Shown here: positions 49,093 through 58,977 of the stretch, in pieces | Layout: every line of letters starts with the position of its first letter | How positions within the stretch are numbered: position 1 is the stretch's first letter | Assembly (NCBI GenBank): GCA_963722775.1 | Contig: CAVROF010000021.1 | Coordinates: 6,668 to 70,667 of the forward strand | Direction: 5' to 3' | DNA length: 64,000 nt | Source: an uncultured Gammaproteobacteria bacterium | GTDB taxonomy: Bacteria > Pseudomonadota > Gammaproteobacteria > Steroidobacterales > Woeseiaceae | Program-made: the position numbers and the translations under genes | Notes under the pieces: generated by a model | Seen by the model: only the letters and a program-made list of their open reading frames with translations | Database searches by the model: none | Told to the model about the DNA's origin: nothing

Positions 49093-50568
49093 ATGCCTGA
49101 GAAATCCAATGTACTGATGCGCGTGCTCCGCGCACTGTGGCGTGGCATCGATGCCGCGCGCAAGGTGTTCGTCAACCTGCTTTTCCTGTTCATCGTCGTC
49201 GCCCTGCTTGCGCTCGTATTCAGGAGCGACAAACCCGATATCGCCGGCACCACGGCACTGGTGATTGCCCCTGAAGGCCAGCTGGTCGAGCAGCTCACAG
49301 CGAAATCCATCGATCAGCTCATCGACGAGGCGCAGGGTAGTGCGATTGGGGAAACGCTCCTCAAGGACGTCCTGGACGCCATCGAGGCCGCAAAGGAAGA
49401 CGAGCGGATCGAGGTCCTGGTCCTCGACCTCTCGGCGTTTCGCGGCGCACGGCTGACCAAACTTCAGGATGTTGCGAAAGCTCTCGAGGACTTCAGGTCG
49501 AGCGGCAAGAAAGTCATCGCCCGCGCCGATGGCCTGGAGCAGGACGGTTACTACCTGGCCGCGCACGCGGACGAGATCATCATTCACAAGTTTGGCGGCG
49601 TCGTACTGCAGGGCTTCGGGCGCTATCGCATGTATTACAGGGAAGGAATCGACAAGCTCGGGCTCGACGTCCATATCTGGCGGGTCGGCACTTACAAGTC
49701 GGCCGTGGAGCCCTTCCTGCTCAATGAAATGTCGGACGATGCGAAGGCAGCCAATCACGAGTGGCTCGGCGATCTCTGGCGCATCTACCTTGACGACGTG
49801 GCCGAGGCACGCGGGATGACCGCAGCGCAGCTCGACAGCTACGCCCAGAACTTCCCGCCAGTTGTCACCGAGGCCAATGGCGACACGGCGAAAGCCGCTC
49901 TCGATTACGGCCTCGTTGATCAAATCATGACCCGTATCGAGATTCGCCAGCATCTCGTCGAGCTGGTCGGCGAGGACGAGGAGAAACACACGTTCAACCA
50001 GGTCGGCATGGCCGACTATCTTCGCACCATAGACGACGACCGTTTTGGCCGTGAGGCGAAGGGAGACAAGGTCGCGATCATCGTTGCGCGCGGCACGATC
50101 CTGGACGGGTCGCATCCTGCCGGCACGATCGGCGGCGACTCGACGGGAGCGCTCATCCGCAAGGCCCGCTTCGACGAAGACGTCAAGGCGATTATCCTTC
50201 GCGTTGACTCCGGAGGCGGCAGCGCATTCGCCTCGGAGGTCATTCGCCGGGAGTGCGAGGCTGCGCGCGCCGCGGGCATCCCGGTCATCGCATCTATGGG
50301 CAGCGTCGCCGCATCGGGTGGTTTCTGGATCAGCACGTCGTCAGACCAGATCTGGGCGCACCCGAGTACCATCACGGGGTCCATCGGCATATTCGGCATG
50401 TTTGCCACCTACCAACGACCCCTCGCCGAGCACCTCGGGCTTCGGGTCGACGGCATCAGCACTGCGCCACTTGCGGGTGTGCGTCCTGATCGAGAGCTAC
50501 CCGCGGACATCAGCGAGGCGGTCCAGCAAATGATTGAGCAGGGCTATCGCGAATTTCTAGTACCTTAA
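49093..50568 (+). CDS. sppA: signal peptide peptidase SppA (67K type), C-terminally truncated
   Basis: N-terminal TM, two ClpP-like domains and the Ser context [15 protein letters not shown]. It ends at ...[10 protein letters not shown], where E. coli SppA continues for about 100 more residues. No frame continues the homology. Confidence 0.8.
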   Translation: MPEKSNVLMRVLRALWRGIDAARKVFVNLLFLFIVVALLALVFRSDKPDIAGTTALVIAPEGQLVEQLTAKSIDQLIDEAQGSAIGETLLKDVLDAIEAAKEDERIEVLVLDLSAFRGARLTKLQDVAKALEDFRSSGKKVIARADGLEQDGYYLAAHADEIIIHKFGGVVLQGFGRYRMYYREGIDKLGLDVHIWRVGTYKSAVEPFLLNEMSDDAKAANHEWLGDLWRIYLDDVAEARGMTAAQLDSYAQNFPPVVTEANGDTAKAALDYGLVDQIMTRIEIRQHLVELVGEDEEKHTFNQVGMADYLRTIDDDRFGREAKGDKVAIIVARGTILDGSHPAGTIGGDSTGALIRKARFDEDVKAIILRVDSGGGSAFASEVIRRECEAARAAGIPVIASMGSVAASGGFWISTSSDQIWAHPSTITGSIGIFGMFATYQRPLAEHLGLRVDGISTAPLAGVRPDRELPADISEAVQQMIEQGYREFLVP

Positions 50569-50608
50569 CTCGTCCCCCAGGAATGTCTTACTCCACCATA
50601 CCGATTCG

Positions 50609-50980
50609 GTGGAGCGGGTTTCTATTGCTCTAAAAAAGGGATCGTTGCCTGGGTACAGATCGTTATCGAGTTCTCAAGCAACTCGGTACTGGCCGCAAGC
50701 GTGGGAGGATTTCAAGAGAGTGAAAACGAGTGACATACATGACGATCGAGAGTTCTATCAAGCTGTGCATGAGTACACGCGGAAGGTATGGAATTGGGGG
50801 GCGCATACCGACGACGATTACGACAGCGAGCCAACGCCCGATGAACTCATTGAAATGCTCAACGAACGTATCGAGTGGGTGAAAGAACACAAGCGGTCGG
50901 TCGACAAGTACCTTCGCAAGCGCGGTCGGCCGAACTGGGCTCGCGTCATCGATGGTTCCAGAGCCGATTCGGCGCCTTAG
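50609..50980 (+). CDS. hypothetical protein
   Basis: 123-aa ORF with a GTG start. No family recognised and the start is uncertain. Confidence 0.3.
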   Translation: MERVSIALKKGSLPGYRSLSSSQATRYWPQAWEDFKRVKTSDIHDDREFYQAVHEYTRKVWNWGAHTDDDYDSEPTPDELIEMLNERIEWVKEHKRSVDKYLRKRGRPNWARVIDGSRADSAP

Positions 50981-51199
50981 GGATATGCCAATCAACTCCG
51001 CTTTTTTCTTTCACTTTAGATCTGGAGAGCAGAATTACGACCCGGTAGATGCTCTTGAGTGACGCTGGGCATCCTGGATGTGGCACTGGATAGGGTCTCA
51101 AGTCCAGAATACGTATAAGCCACTATACGGACCGCCGCCGGAGCCCGGCCCGGCGCGTATAGTGGAGCGGTACTGTGGATCATGATCGAGGTGGACACT

Positions 51200-51658
51200 A
51201 TGCCAGCACAGACACTCAAAGGGTTTCTCGACAGCAACCACGTCAAGTACACCACCATCACTCACTCACCCGCGTACTCGGCACAGGAAGCCGCTGCAAG
51301 CGCACATATCCCAGGGAAGGATCTCGCCAAGACGGTAATCGTCAAGGTCGACGGTGAATTCGCGATGGCTGTACTTCCCGCAACCATGCACGTGAGCCTG
51401 AGTCGCCTCAGAACGGCAGCCGGGGCGGACGACGCCGAAATCGCGTCTGAGGAGGAGTTCGAAAAGCTGTTCCCGGATTGCGAACTGGGCGCCATGCCGC
51501 CGTTCGGCAATCTCTACGACATGCGGGTCTTCGCCGCAGAGGAGCTCACCGAGGACGACCAGATCGCCTTCAACGCCGGCTCGCACTCAGAACTCGTGCA
51601 GCTCGCGTATAGCGATTTCGACAAACTGGTGCACCCGAAGGTTGTGGCGTTGAACTAG
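51200..51658 (+). CDS. YbaK/EbsC-type aminoacyl-tRNA deacylase-domain protein
   Basis: Start at MPAQTLKGF. KTVIVKVDGEFAMAVLPA...GAMPPFGNLY matches the YbaK-domain pattern. Confidence 0.7.
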   Translation: MPAQTLKGFLDSNHVKYTTITHSPAYSAQEAAASAHIPGKDLAKTVIVKVDGEFAMAVLPATMHVSLSRLRTAAGADDAEIASEEEFEKLFPDCELGAMPPFGNLYDMRVFAAEELTEDDQIAFNAGSHSELVQLAYSDFDKLVHPKVVALN

Positions 51659-51756
51659 CCTCCAGACCCCAAAAGGCTGGAATGGCGGTGAGGCACGCGC
51701 AGCCAATAGCGCACATCTCAAACGCCAATAGATTGTGATTTCGGATAGGAAGCGCT

Positions 51757-54130
51757 GTGAACGCCGATCTCCTGCAGGGATTCTACCTCGGAGATCTGCT
51801 CGTCGAGCCAGTGAAGGGGGAAGTCACCGGTCGGGCAGGCTCCAGGCATCTTCCGCCCAAGGCGGCAGAAGTACTGTTATGCCTTGCGCGCGCACGCGGT
51901 GAACTCGTTGCGCGTGAATCGCTGCTCGAGTGCGCCTGGGGACCAGGCCAGGGCAGCCACGAAGCGCTGAGTCACGCGGTTAGCGAGATTCGTCTCGCGC
52001 TCGATGATCACGCCGACGACCCGGTCTTTATTCAAACGCTGCCAAGGCTCGGCTACCGCCTGGCGGTGAGTCCCAAACTCCCGGGCAAGCACGCAACAAG
52101 CGTTGTCATCGGCGACCAGGGCGGAGTCGGCGTCGAAGACATCGGCTTGTTCGAAAACCTGCAGCGCCGCGGCGTGCTCGAGACGGCTCTCGCCTACCTG
52201 ATACTCGGCTGGTTGCTCGTTCAGGTCGCCGACACTGTCTTCGATCAATTGCTTTTGCCGCAGTGGGTCGGGACCTTCTTGACGGTACTGGTTATCTCGG
52301 GGTTCCCGATCGCGCTCATGCTGTCCTGGTTCCTCGAGTTTCGCCACGGCCGGGCCATCGTTGACAAGCTGTCTGCAGCGGACGACCGCAAGCGCCGCTT
52401 CAGCCGGACCTATATCTCCGTTGTCTGCTCGCTCGCGATCGCGGGTGTCTTGGTCACGATCTATGACCAGGTCGTCGGCCTGCCGGACGGCGAACCGACG
52501 GTAACGGCCGAAGTTGTGCACGAACCACAGCCGCCACCGATCGTCGAAAACTCTATCGCCGTTCTGCCTTTCGTAAACCTGGATGGCAGCCGTGAAACGC
52601 AGATTTTTGCTGATGGCCTGGTCGAGGGCGTGATCAGCCAGCTGTCGCGTGTCCCCGGACTACGCGTCGCATCGCGCGGCGACTCCTACACCCTGGCACC
52701 GAACACCCCGTCACAGGAGGTTCGCGACCGCCTGCGTGTGGAGCTGTACCTCGAAGGCAGCGTCGAAATGAACGCCGACGAAATGCGCGTCACGGTGCAG
52801 CTGATCAATTCCGAGGACGGCTTTCATCTCCTGTCTCGGCAGTTCGACCGGTCGCGAGAGGATTTTTTCGACATACATGACGAGATTACGAGTCTTACCG
52901 TTGCGAACGTGCGTGTCTCCCTGCCTCCCGAGTTACAGGCATCATCTTCCGAGCCCGTGGAAGAACCGTCTCTTAACGCCTATGTGCTCTACCGCCAGGG
53001 AATAGAGGCGTCGCGGCAACCGACGTCCATCGACACAGTCGCCTCGGCACTCGGCTGGTTCGATGCGGCGCTTAGTGTCGACCCGGAATACGCGGTAGCG
53101 CATGCGGGCAAGTGTGCCGTCTATGTCAAAGGCTACGGCGAGATGGACGATCCGTCGTACATTGAGAATGCCGAGTCATCCTGCGCGACTGCACTCGCGC
53201 TGAATCCCAACCTCGATGTCGTTCACAGCTCGCTCGGCAACCTGTACAGATCGACGGGCCGGTACAACGATGCCGAAGCTGCCTACCTGACGGCGCTTGA
53301 GAACGACCCGACCAACATCGATGCGCTAAGAGGTACTTGGCATTGCCTACCAGCGCCTGAATCGGTCGGAAGAAGCGGAAGCCGTCTTGCGCAAGTCCAT
53401 CGATATCCACCCGGGCAACGCCGAGCTGTTCAACTCGCTGGGCGTTTTGCTATTTGAGCGGGGTCGATTCGATGAGGCTGCGACGCAGTACGAATATGCC
53501 GTTGCTCTCAGGCCCGATGACATGAAATACCTCGCGAACCTCGGGTCCGCTTTCATGTTACAGGGCAACTTCTCAGCAGCGGCGAGGTACTTCCAGAGAG
53601 CCATCGACATCAAGCCCACGAAGAGCGCGTACACCAATCTCGGCCTGATGCATTTCTACACCGGGGATTACGATGCGGCGATCGAAAACCAAAAGGCCGC
53701 CGTCGAACTGCAGCCCAACGACCATCTTGCCCGGGCGAATCTCGGCGACACGCTGCGGGCGGCCGGGCGCGTCGCAGAAGCCCGGCAGGCTTTCGAGGAA
53801 GCGAACAGGATGGCGGCAAGCGCCCTGCAGGTAAACCCGAACGATCCTATGATCGTCATGGACCTTGCATGGATCAAGACCGGGCTCGGGGAACAGGATG
53901 AAGCGCGAAGACTCATCGAACAGGCCATAAAGCTCATGCCCGACGATCCGTATGTGCACTACTACAACGGGCTCATGCACAACCGGGTGGGCAACACCTC
54001 GCAGGCCTTCGCGGCGCTACAAACCTCTGTAGAACTTGGTTACCCGACGGTCTTGCTGGCCGGCGATCCAAACATCGAAAATTTAAGAGGCGACTCCCGT
54101 TTCCGCGATATCGCCAACGGCTTGCAATGA
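51757..54130 (+). CDS. CadC/ToxR-like membrane-bound regulator: OmpR-type winged helix, TM anchor, periplasmic domain, TPR repeats; apparent frameshift near 53330-53338
   Basis: The wHTH reads LVEPVKGEVT...SHAVSEIRLALDD...IQTLPRLGYRL and the TM anchor motif reads LQRRGVLETALAYLILGWLLVQVA. Two ORFs join at DALRG / LGIAYQRLNRSEEAEAVLRKSIDIHPGN, giving continuous TPRs. Confidence 0.8.
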
Positions 54131-54163
54131 GCGATATGCAGAGTCGCCATGGGAGGAAAGACA

Positions 54164-54613
54164 ATGAACAAGATTGATCTCTGTGTATTACCGCTGGCGC
54201 TCTTTCTGGCAGGGTCACCAGATTTTAGCGTCGCTCAAGAAACCGAGTGCGTTAAGAGCTCCGCCAAAATTCCAAAATGCATGGGAGAACCTCAAGCACC
54301 GATGGTCAACTTGAATCTCGAAAAGCTAAAAGCGAATCCACAATGCGTGCGTGTGTATCCAGGGACGACGATTGTGTTCAGGCTCACCTCGAAAAAGAAC
54401 CTTGAACTCGGCACGGTGAAAATCATTCCCAAGGACGATTTCGATTCTTGGTTGCGAGGCAAGAACGACAAGTTCAACGACCTCATTATCATAAGGGTTC
54501 CCGGCGTGTATAACCCCGACGAACCGAAGACCGACGAGCACACCGTTCATGACTACAGCATTTACGTGCTCAATGGCAAGTGCCTCGACCCCAGGGTGGA
54601 GGTGCAGCATTGA
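54164..54613 (+). CDS. small secreted hypothetical protein
   Basis: GGAGG lies 7 nt before ATG 54164 and the signal is LCVLPLALFLAGSPDFSVAQ. No family recognised. Confidence 0.5.
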   Translation: MNKIDLCVLPLALFLAGSPDFSVAQETECVKSSAKIPKCMGEPQAPMVNLNLEKLKANPQCVRVYPGTTIVFRLTSKKNLELGTVKIIPKDDFDSWLRGKNDKFNDLIIIRVPGVYNPDEPKTDEHTVHDYSIYVLNGKCLDPRVEVQH

Positions 54614-54657
54614 TCGAGGCGCGGTACACGTATCGATCGGCCCGGCTTGAACCATTG

Positions 54658-54688
54658 CCTGATCCCGATGGGTTAGATCGGGGTCAGG
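54658..54688. terminator. 12-bp-stem hairpin between convergent genes
   Basis: CCTGATCCCGAT pairs with ATCGGGGTCAGG (one G-U pair) around the loop GGGTTAG. There is no clear T tract. Confidence 0.35.
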
Positions 54689-54887
54689 CAGCTTTCAGGG
54701 CATCCTCGGCGGAGAGATATTCGTATCCGCGATCACCTGACAACAGCCTCGTTATTGACGTGCCCTGTGTATACGTTGAGCCCATTGGCAATGGTGCGGA
54801 TCGCACCACCGACACGCGGATTTTCAGCCCGCGCGCCGGTTCATAGTTACCTAGTCTAAGTTCAACGCAGGAACAATATGGCGATAC

Positions 54888-56612
54888 TCATCGAATCGCA
54901 TCTCTCAGAGCCTGCGACACAAGGCCGTCAATTGACCGTCGGGCGCTTTCCCGTGCAGCTGGGTCACGAGTACCCGGCGAAGTCAGCAACGCAGCGTCCA
55001 GCGATTTTTCGAAAGCCGTTGGATTTCGAATTGCTACATCAATCAACTCGGGTCCCATCTGTTCGAGAGCAGCCTCGAAATCACTCGCATCATCGAACAT
55101 CACACGCAACGCATGGTCGACATCTTCGGGCTCGCGATCTATCACGTTTGCCAAAAGCTCGACTGTATCGCTGAAAATCGCCGCGGTCGGCGGTGGCCCT
55201 GCCGCACGTGTGGTGGTGAGGTTGGCCTCCAACAGACCCTTGACGTCGAGAATACCTGCGCCATAGCGACGATCGTTCCAACCGTTAGGTACGAGTGCCG
55301 TCTCCTGCATAATCTCTACAAACAAGTCCTGGACCCTATCGCCTCCTGCGGCTAACTCGACCGCATCACGCCCGTGATACGCAAGCCAAAGTGCTGCAGC
55401 CCCGGCAACTTCCGCAGTTGCGAACGAAGTGCCGTTACCGGGCCCAACTGCCTGCGGCGTATCTGGATCGGCACGGTTGTTGGCATTCCAGACGTTTTCA
55501 CCTGGCGCAGCAATCGTAACCGCTCTCCCCCTGGAGCTTCCCTTCCATGGCTCGTCGTCAATATTGGTTGCAGCGACAGCGACCGAGTCCTTGTAAGCGG
55601 CTGGCGCGACTACTACGCCAACACAATTTCCTGCAGCAGCCACGATGATCAAATTCTTATCGGCCGCATAACGCACGGCACTCTTCAGTCCGCTGAATGC
55701 TCGTCCTCCAAGACTCATTGAAACCACATCACATTGGGCGTCCACGGAGTGCGCGACGGCTTGGGCGACATCGGAATCAAAGAGCTGGACAACACTATTT
55801 ACGGTACGAATTGGCACGAGCGTAGCGCCAGGGGCTACACCTGTGATCTCACCAGGAGGAGTTGTCCCGCTCACAGGATCGATTCCGCCGTCGCTTATTA
55901 TTACGCTTCCGGTCGCCGTTCCGTGTCCGGGATTAAGAAACGCCCCGCTATTCTTTGGATCCCTTGCGTTGTCGGAGTCGTCTATGACATTCCATGCCGT
56001 ATCGAGGTCCAGACCATTGAGATCATCATGCAATGTCCATCCAGTATCCGGGTGGCAAATGCGGGCTCCTTCGCCAAAGCGCTTCCCGCCGGCCGGCGGT
56101 GTCAGATCCCAGGCCTCCGCCACATTGATTTTGCGAAGTGACCAAGCCTTGTCGTCAGGCGCATCTTCACCTTCAAAAAGGCATGCCCCGGTAGCTTGGC
56201 GAACCCGCTCTGTCTCCGACAGCAACGTGTCGAATTGATCGGGCTCAACATTTGCGAACGCGCCACTTGCCTCGAATTCGTACGCACGATCCCACGGGTT
56301 TTGCGCAGTTTCGATCTTACTTGCGTGCACAATGAAGAACCGGTCCAGTTCAGGATCGTCTATGCCTGAGAACATCTTCTCGACCACTGAGTCCGGCCCA
56401 AAAATGGCAAACGCGGCGGACTCCACATGTCCAATATTCTGGTCAGCGTGAGTTTCCACAATGAACCGGGATGTCTGAGCCTCGACGCCGGCGACAGGTA
56501 GCTCGCCATTTACGTCAATTTCATCTTGTTCAACTGGTTTTGGTACATTTTTTCCACAGCCCGCAAACAACGCGAGAACGCTGAACAGCGCAATCACTAT
56601 TGAATTTCTCAT
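54888..56612 (-). CDS. S8-family serine peptidase lipoprotein with helical C-terminal extension
   Basis: Lipobox LALFAGC. The catalytic triad contexts are HPDTGW, HGTATGS and GNGTSFATAEVAG. Confidence 0.85.
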   Translation of the reverse strand: MRNSIVIALFSVLALFAGCGKNVPKPVEQDEIDVNGELPVAGVEAQTSRFIVETHADQNIGHVESAAFAIFGPDSVVEKMFSGIDDPELDRFFIVHASKIETAQNPWDRAYEFEASGAFANVEPDQFDTLLSETERVRQATGACLFEGEDAPDDKAWSLRKINVAEAWDLTPPAGGKRFGEGARICHPDTGWTLHDDLNGLDLDTAWNVIDDSDNARDPKNSGAFLNPGHGTATGSVIISDGGIDPVSGTTPPGEITGVAPGATLVPIRTVNSVVQLFDSDVAQAVAHSVDAQCDVVSMSLGGRAFSGLKSAVRYAADKNLIIVAAAGNCVGVVVAPAAYKDSVAVAATNIDDEPWKGSSRGRAVTIAAPGENVWNANNRADPDTPQAVGPGNGTSFATAEVAGAAALWLAYHGRDAVELAAGGDRVQDLFVEIMQETALVPNGWNDRRYGAGILDVKGLLEANLTTTRAAGPPPTAAIFSDTVELLANVIDREPEDVDHALRVMFDDASDFEAALEQMGPELIDVAIRNPTAFEKSLDAALLTSPGTRDPAARESARRSIDGLVSQALRDAIR

Positions 56613-56631
56613 CAGAGTGCTCCTCGACTAG

Positions 56632-58170
56632 TCATCGATCGTGATTGATCCACACGGGCGCCGACCAGGCTCTGTCTCCGTCGCCTTGCGTAAGCCTTAC
56701 GAAAAAGAACTCCGGTCGCCCGGATGCGGCATATTCGTCGAATGTAAGAACCCCGTCGCCGTCGAAACTGAATGACTCGGTCAAGCCATCGACGACTATC
56801 CACTTTTCGAGCGTAGTTTCGTCTTGCGCCTCTACGTCCCCGTAAATCAGCTCTGCAATGTAACCCGCCGCAGGCTCGGAGGAATCAGCAACGTGGACCT
56901 CGATATCCAATGGCGTATTCTCAGCCAGATCTAGAACGCTGCCCATTGGCAGTCCGTTGATAAATACTTCGATACGAAGATCAGGATCTTCAGTCGCGAA
57001 CGTACGATTAGACCTCATTGCCGCCATGAGGCTATCCAGTGTTAGCTCTGGGGCAATGACGCCCATTCGCGCAGGAGTAGAATCGCCCCAGGTCTCAAAA
57101 TGATTATCCTGACCAACCGATGGGCTCAGATGGAAACCCTGCGTCAGGTAGTAATAGTAATCATTTGCATGTACTCGGAACGACGGATAGTGATAGGTAG
57201 TGTGAATCTCATCATCGAGTGCGGGTCCTGTTAGAACTTCGATCAGGGAGATATGTCGGTCTGCCGCTGCAACCAAAGCGCCAAAATCCCGACCAAACTC
57301 GTCAAAACCGTAGTCATTTCGCATGGCACGAATCACTTTGTCGTCGCTGCCACGATAAAATAGATCTCGATGGATATCGGGGTGGTTCATCTGAACAACC
57401 GGCCCCGCAGCCGTCCCACTCGACAGCATCGAGTAGAGCGGCGCAAAGTCACCGTTCGGAACCGTAATTACAGTCTGCGCGCCGAGCACATTGACGTGAT
57501 TTCCGGACGATATGCTCGAGAATTCCTGACCAAAAATTGCAACGAAATTAGTGTCTGTCGCCTCGTTAGCCGCAGTCATCAGTGACTCCGCAGACAGCGT
57601 CTCAGTTTGCTCGACGCCATCGACACGGAAGTTTCTCGTAATGGTCTGTGTATCCGGGCTGTCGTAGAGGTCGGTGTTGTTCGCAATCAGGACACCGTCG
57701 CGCCTCGCCCCTTTGGCACCACGCTCCGCGTCACTATGGTTGTGGGCGGTGACCGCCATGAAATCGAGGCCGTTGGCCTTGGCACGTGCAAATGCTGCTT
57801 CGGGTAACCCGGAACCGTCCGAGAACAGCGTGTGGGCATGCAGCAGTCCGTACCAGACAGGCTCACTTGAAACCCCGGCGGGTTCAAAAGTGGTATCCCG
57901 AGCCATCCGTGCAGCATCTGCCCGTCCGGTACTCCGAAATACCCTGGGCTCATCGGTTACGCTTCGCGGCTCGTATGGATGCTCAGAGTCCAGCGGTTCC
58001 CGCTCTGCAGAGGTGCGAACAGGACCCTGCGATCTCGACACAGCGGTCTCGATTGCCGGTACCGCATTGGAGGAATCTTGGGATTGAACTGTCTGGGTGC
58101 TGCTACAGGCCGCCAAGAACAGGCAGGCAATGGCAGCGGATGAGATCAGGTGATTCACGGTGGCCCCCAA
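56632..58170 (-). CDS. PHP-domain (CehA/McbA-like) metallo-phosphoesterase lipoprotein
   Basis: Lipobox CLFLAAC. The PHP motifs are GLLHAHTLFSDGSG and DFMAVTAHNH. Confidence 0.7.
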   Translation of the reverse strand: MGATVNHLISSAAIACLFLAACSSTQTVQSQDSSNAVPAIETAVSRSQGPVRTSAEREPLDSEHPYEPRSVTDEPRVFRSTGRADAARMARDTTFEPAGVSSEPVWYGLLHAHTLFSDGSGLPEAAFARAKANGLDFMAVTAHNHSDAERGAKGARRDGVLIANNTDLYDSPDTQTITRNFRVDGVEQTETLSAESLMTAANEATDTNFVAIFGQEFSSISSGNHVNVLGAQTVITVPNGDFAPLYSMLSSGTAAGPVVQMNHPDIHRDLFYRGSDDKVIRAMRNDYGFDEFGRDFGALVAAADRHISLIEVLTGPALDDEIHTTYHYPSFRVHANDYYYYLTQGFHLSPSVGQDNHFETWGDSTPARMGVIAPELTLDSLMAAMRSNRTFATEDPDLRIEVFINGLPMGSVLDLAENTPLDIEVHVADSSEPAAGYIAELIYGDVEAQDETTLEKWIVVDGLTESFSFDGDGVLTFDEYAASGRPEFFFVRLTQGDGDRAWSAPVWINHDR

Positions 58171-58259
58171 TAATCACAATTATGCTCTTATTGGTAAGAA
58201 TAGACCACTTCCGGCCGTAATCAATGTTAGGGGCCGGCGGCCAGCCCGCGGGGAAGCCG

Positions 58260-58934
58260 CTACCGGCGCATCTTGTCGTGCATGGTCTCGACGAGATTTA
58301 AGCGTGTCTTATCTTTCTGAATCAGATTCATCTCGGCCAGGCTTTCTAATGCGTCAACGGTATCCGAAGGATACTGCAGTGGATCAATCGCTGTCAGGTT
58401 GTAAACGGCCGGACCGTTCTTTCGCTTCCTTTCAATAGAAAATCCGAGGTTCAGTGAGATTTCTCGCAATTCTCTCTCGGTTGTGCTTTCCGTCGGATAA
58501 ATCGTCGCAGAACTCGTCACGAGAAAGGACTGCTCAGAAGCATCTGTCGCCGTTGTGGCTATGTATGCGACCTCATCCACGACGCCGGTTCGAATAAACG
58601 GCATTAGTTGCAGCGCAATGTCATCCATGTCTGCATCATTATCGAACTGCACTACAACCACACGTGTAGACGAAAACTCCGAACTGTCCACCACGGGCAA
58701 CGATGCTTTCAGCAAACCGAACCCGCGATTATCATATGGGTTAAGCAAGAGGACGCGCTGGTTTGCCGACAAAGTGGCGTCAATGTGCCGATTCCCCAGT
58801 GGCACAGAAATCAGTTCATTGCGTGTGGATTCAACGACGTCCGAATCGCCATGAGCGATTGCGGCCTGGTGCTGTACCAAGCCGCAACCGGCCATTAATA
58901 CCGTCAAAGTTAACAATCTTGGCAGCTGTCTCAT
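58260..58934 (-). CDS. hypothetical lipoprotein; C-terminal half resembles a subtilase propeptide (I9-like) pattern
   Basis: Start at MRQLPRLLTLTVLMAGCG (lipobox); ATG 58943 is an alternative. The C-terminal IYPTESTTERELREISLNLGFSIERK...VYNLT...DALESLAEMNLI parallels MVRFEDRLSTQEIDQIHQKV...RYTVT...ALQLAERYFEQEGVVYAHPNLI of the adjacent S8 gene. This similarity was judged by eye only. Confidence 0.5.
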   Translation of the reverse strand: MRQLPRLLTLTVLMAGCGLVQHQAAIAHGDSDVVESTRNELISVPLGNRHIDATLSANQRVLLLNPYDNRGFGLLKASLPVVDSSEFSSTRVVVVQFDNDADMDDIALQLMPFIRTGVVDEVAYIATTATDASEQSFLVTSSATIYPTESTTERELREISLNLGFSIERKRKNGPAVYNLTAIDPLQYPSDTVDALESLAEMNLIQKDKTRLNLVETMHDKMRR

Positions 58935-58977
58935 GGGCGACATTATCTCGCAAACGAATTGCTGTGAAAGCATCCAA

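Noticed and set aside
30093-53338. Programmed ribosomal frameshifting as the explanation for the split genes.
   Set aside because: The six families (GH16, TonB receptor, hydrolase, ferredoxin-like subunit, Moco subunit, TPR regulator) are not known to use recoding. I see no shared slippery motif or downstream pseudoknot-like structure at the sites.
54690-54860. The minus-strand peptide ..RVGGAIRTIANGLNVYTGHVNNEAVV.. in the intergenic region, vaguely reminiscent of the C-terminus of alanine dehydrogenase/PNT-type enzymes. It could be another gene relic.
   Set aside because: It is only about 30 residues, interrupted by stops, and the similarity rests on memory of a loose motif. That is not enough to call.
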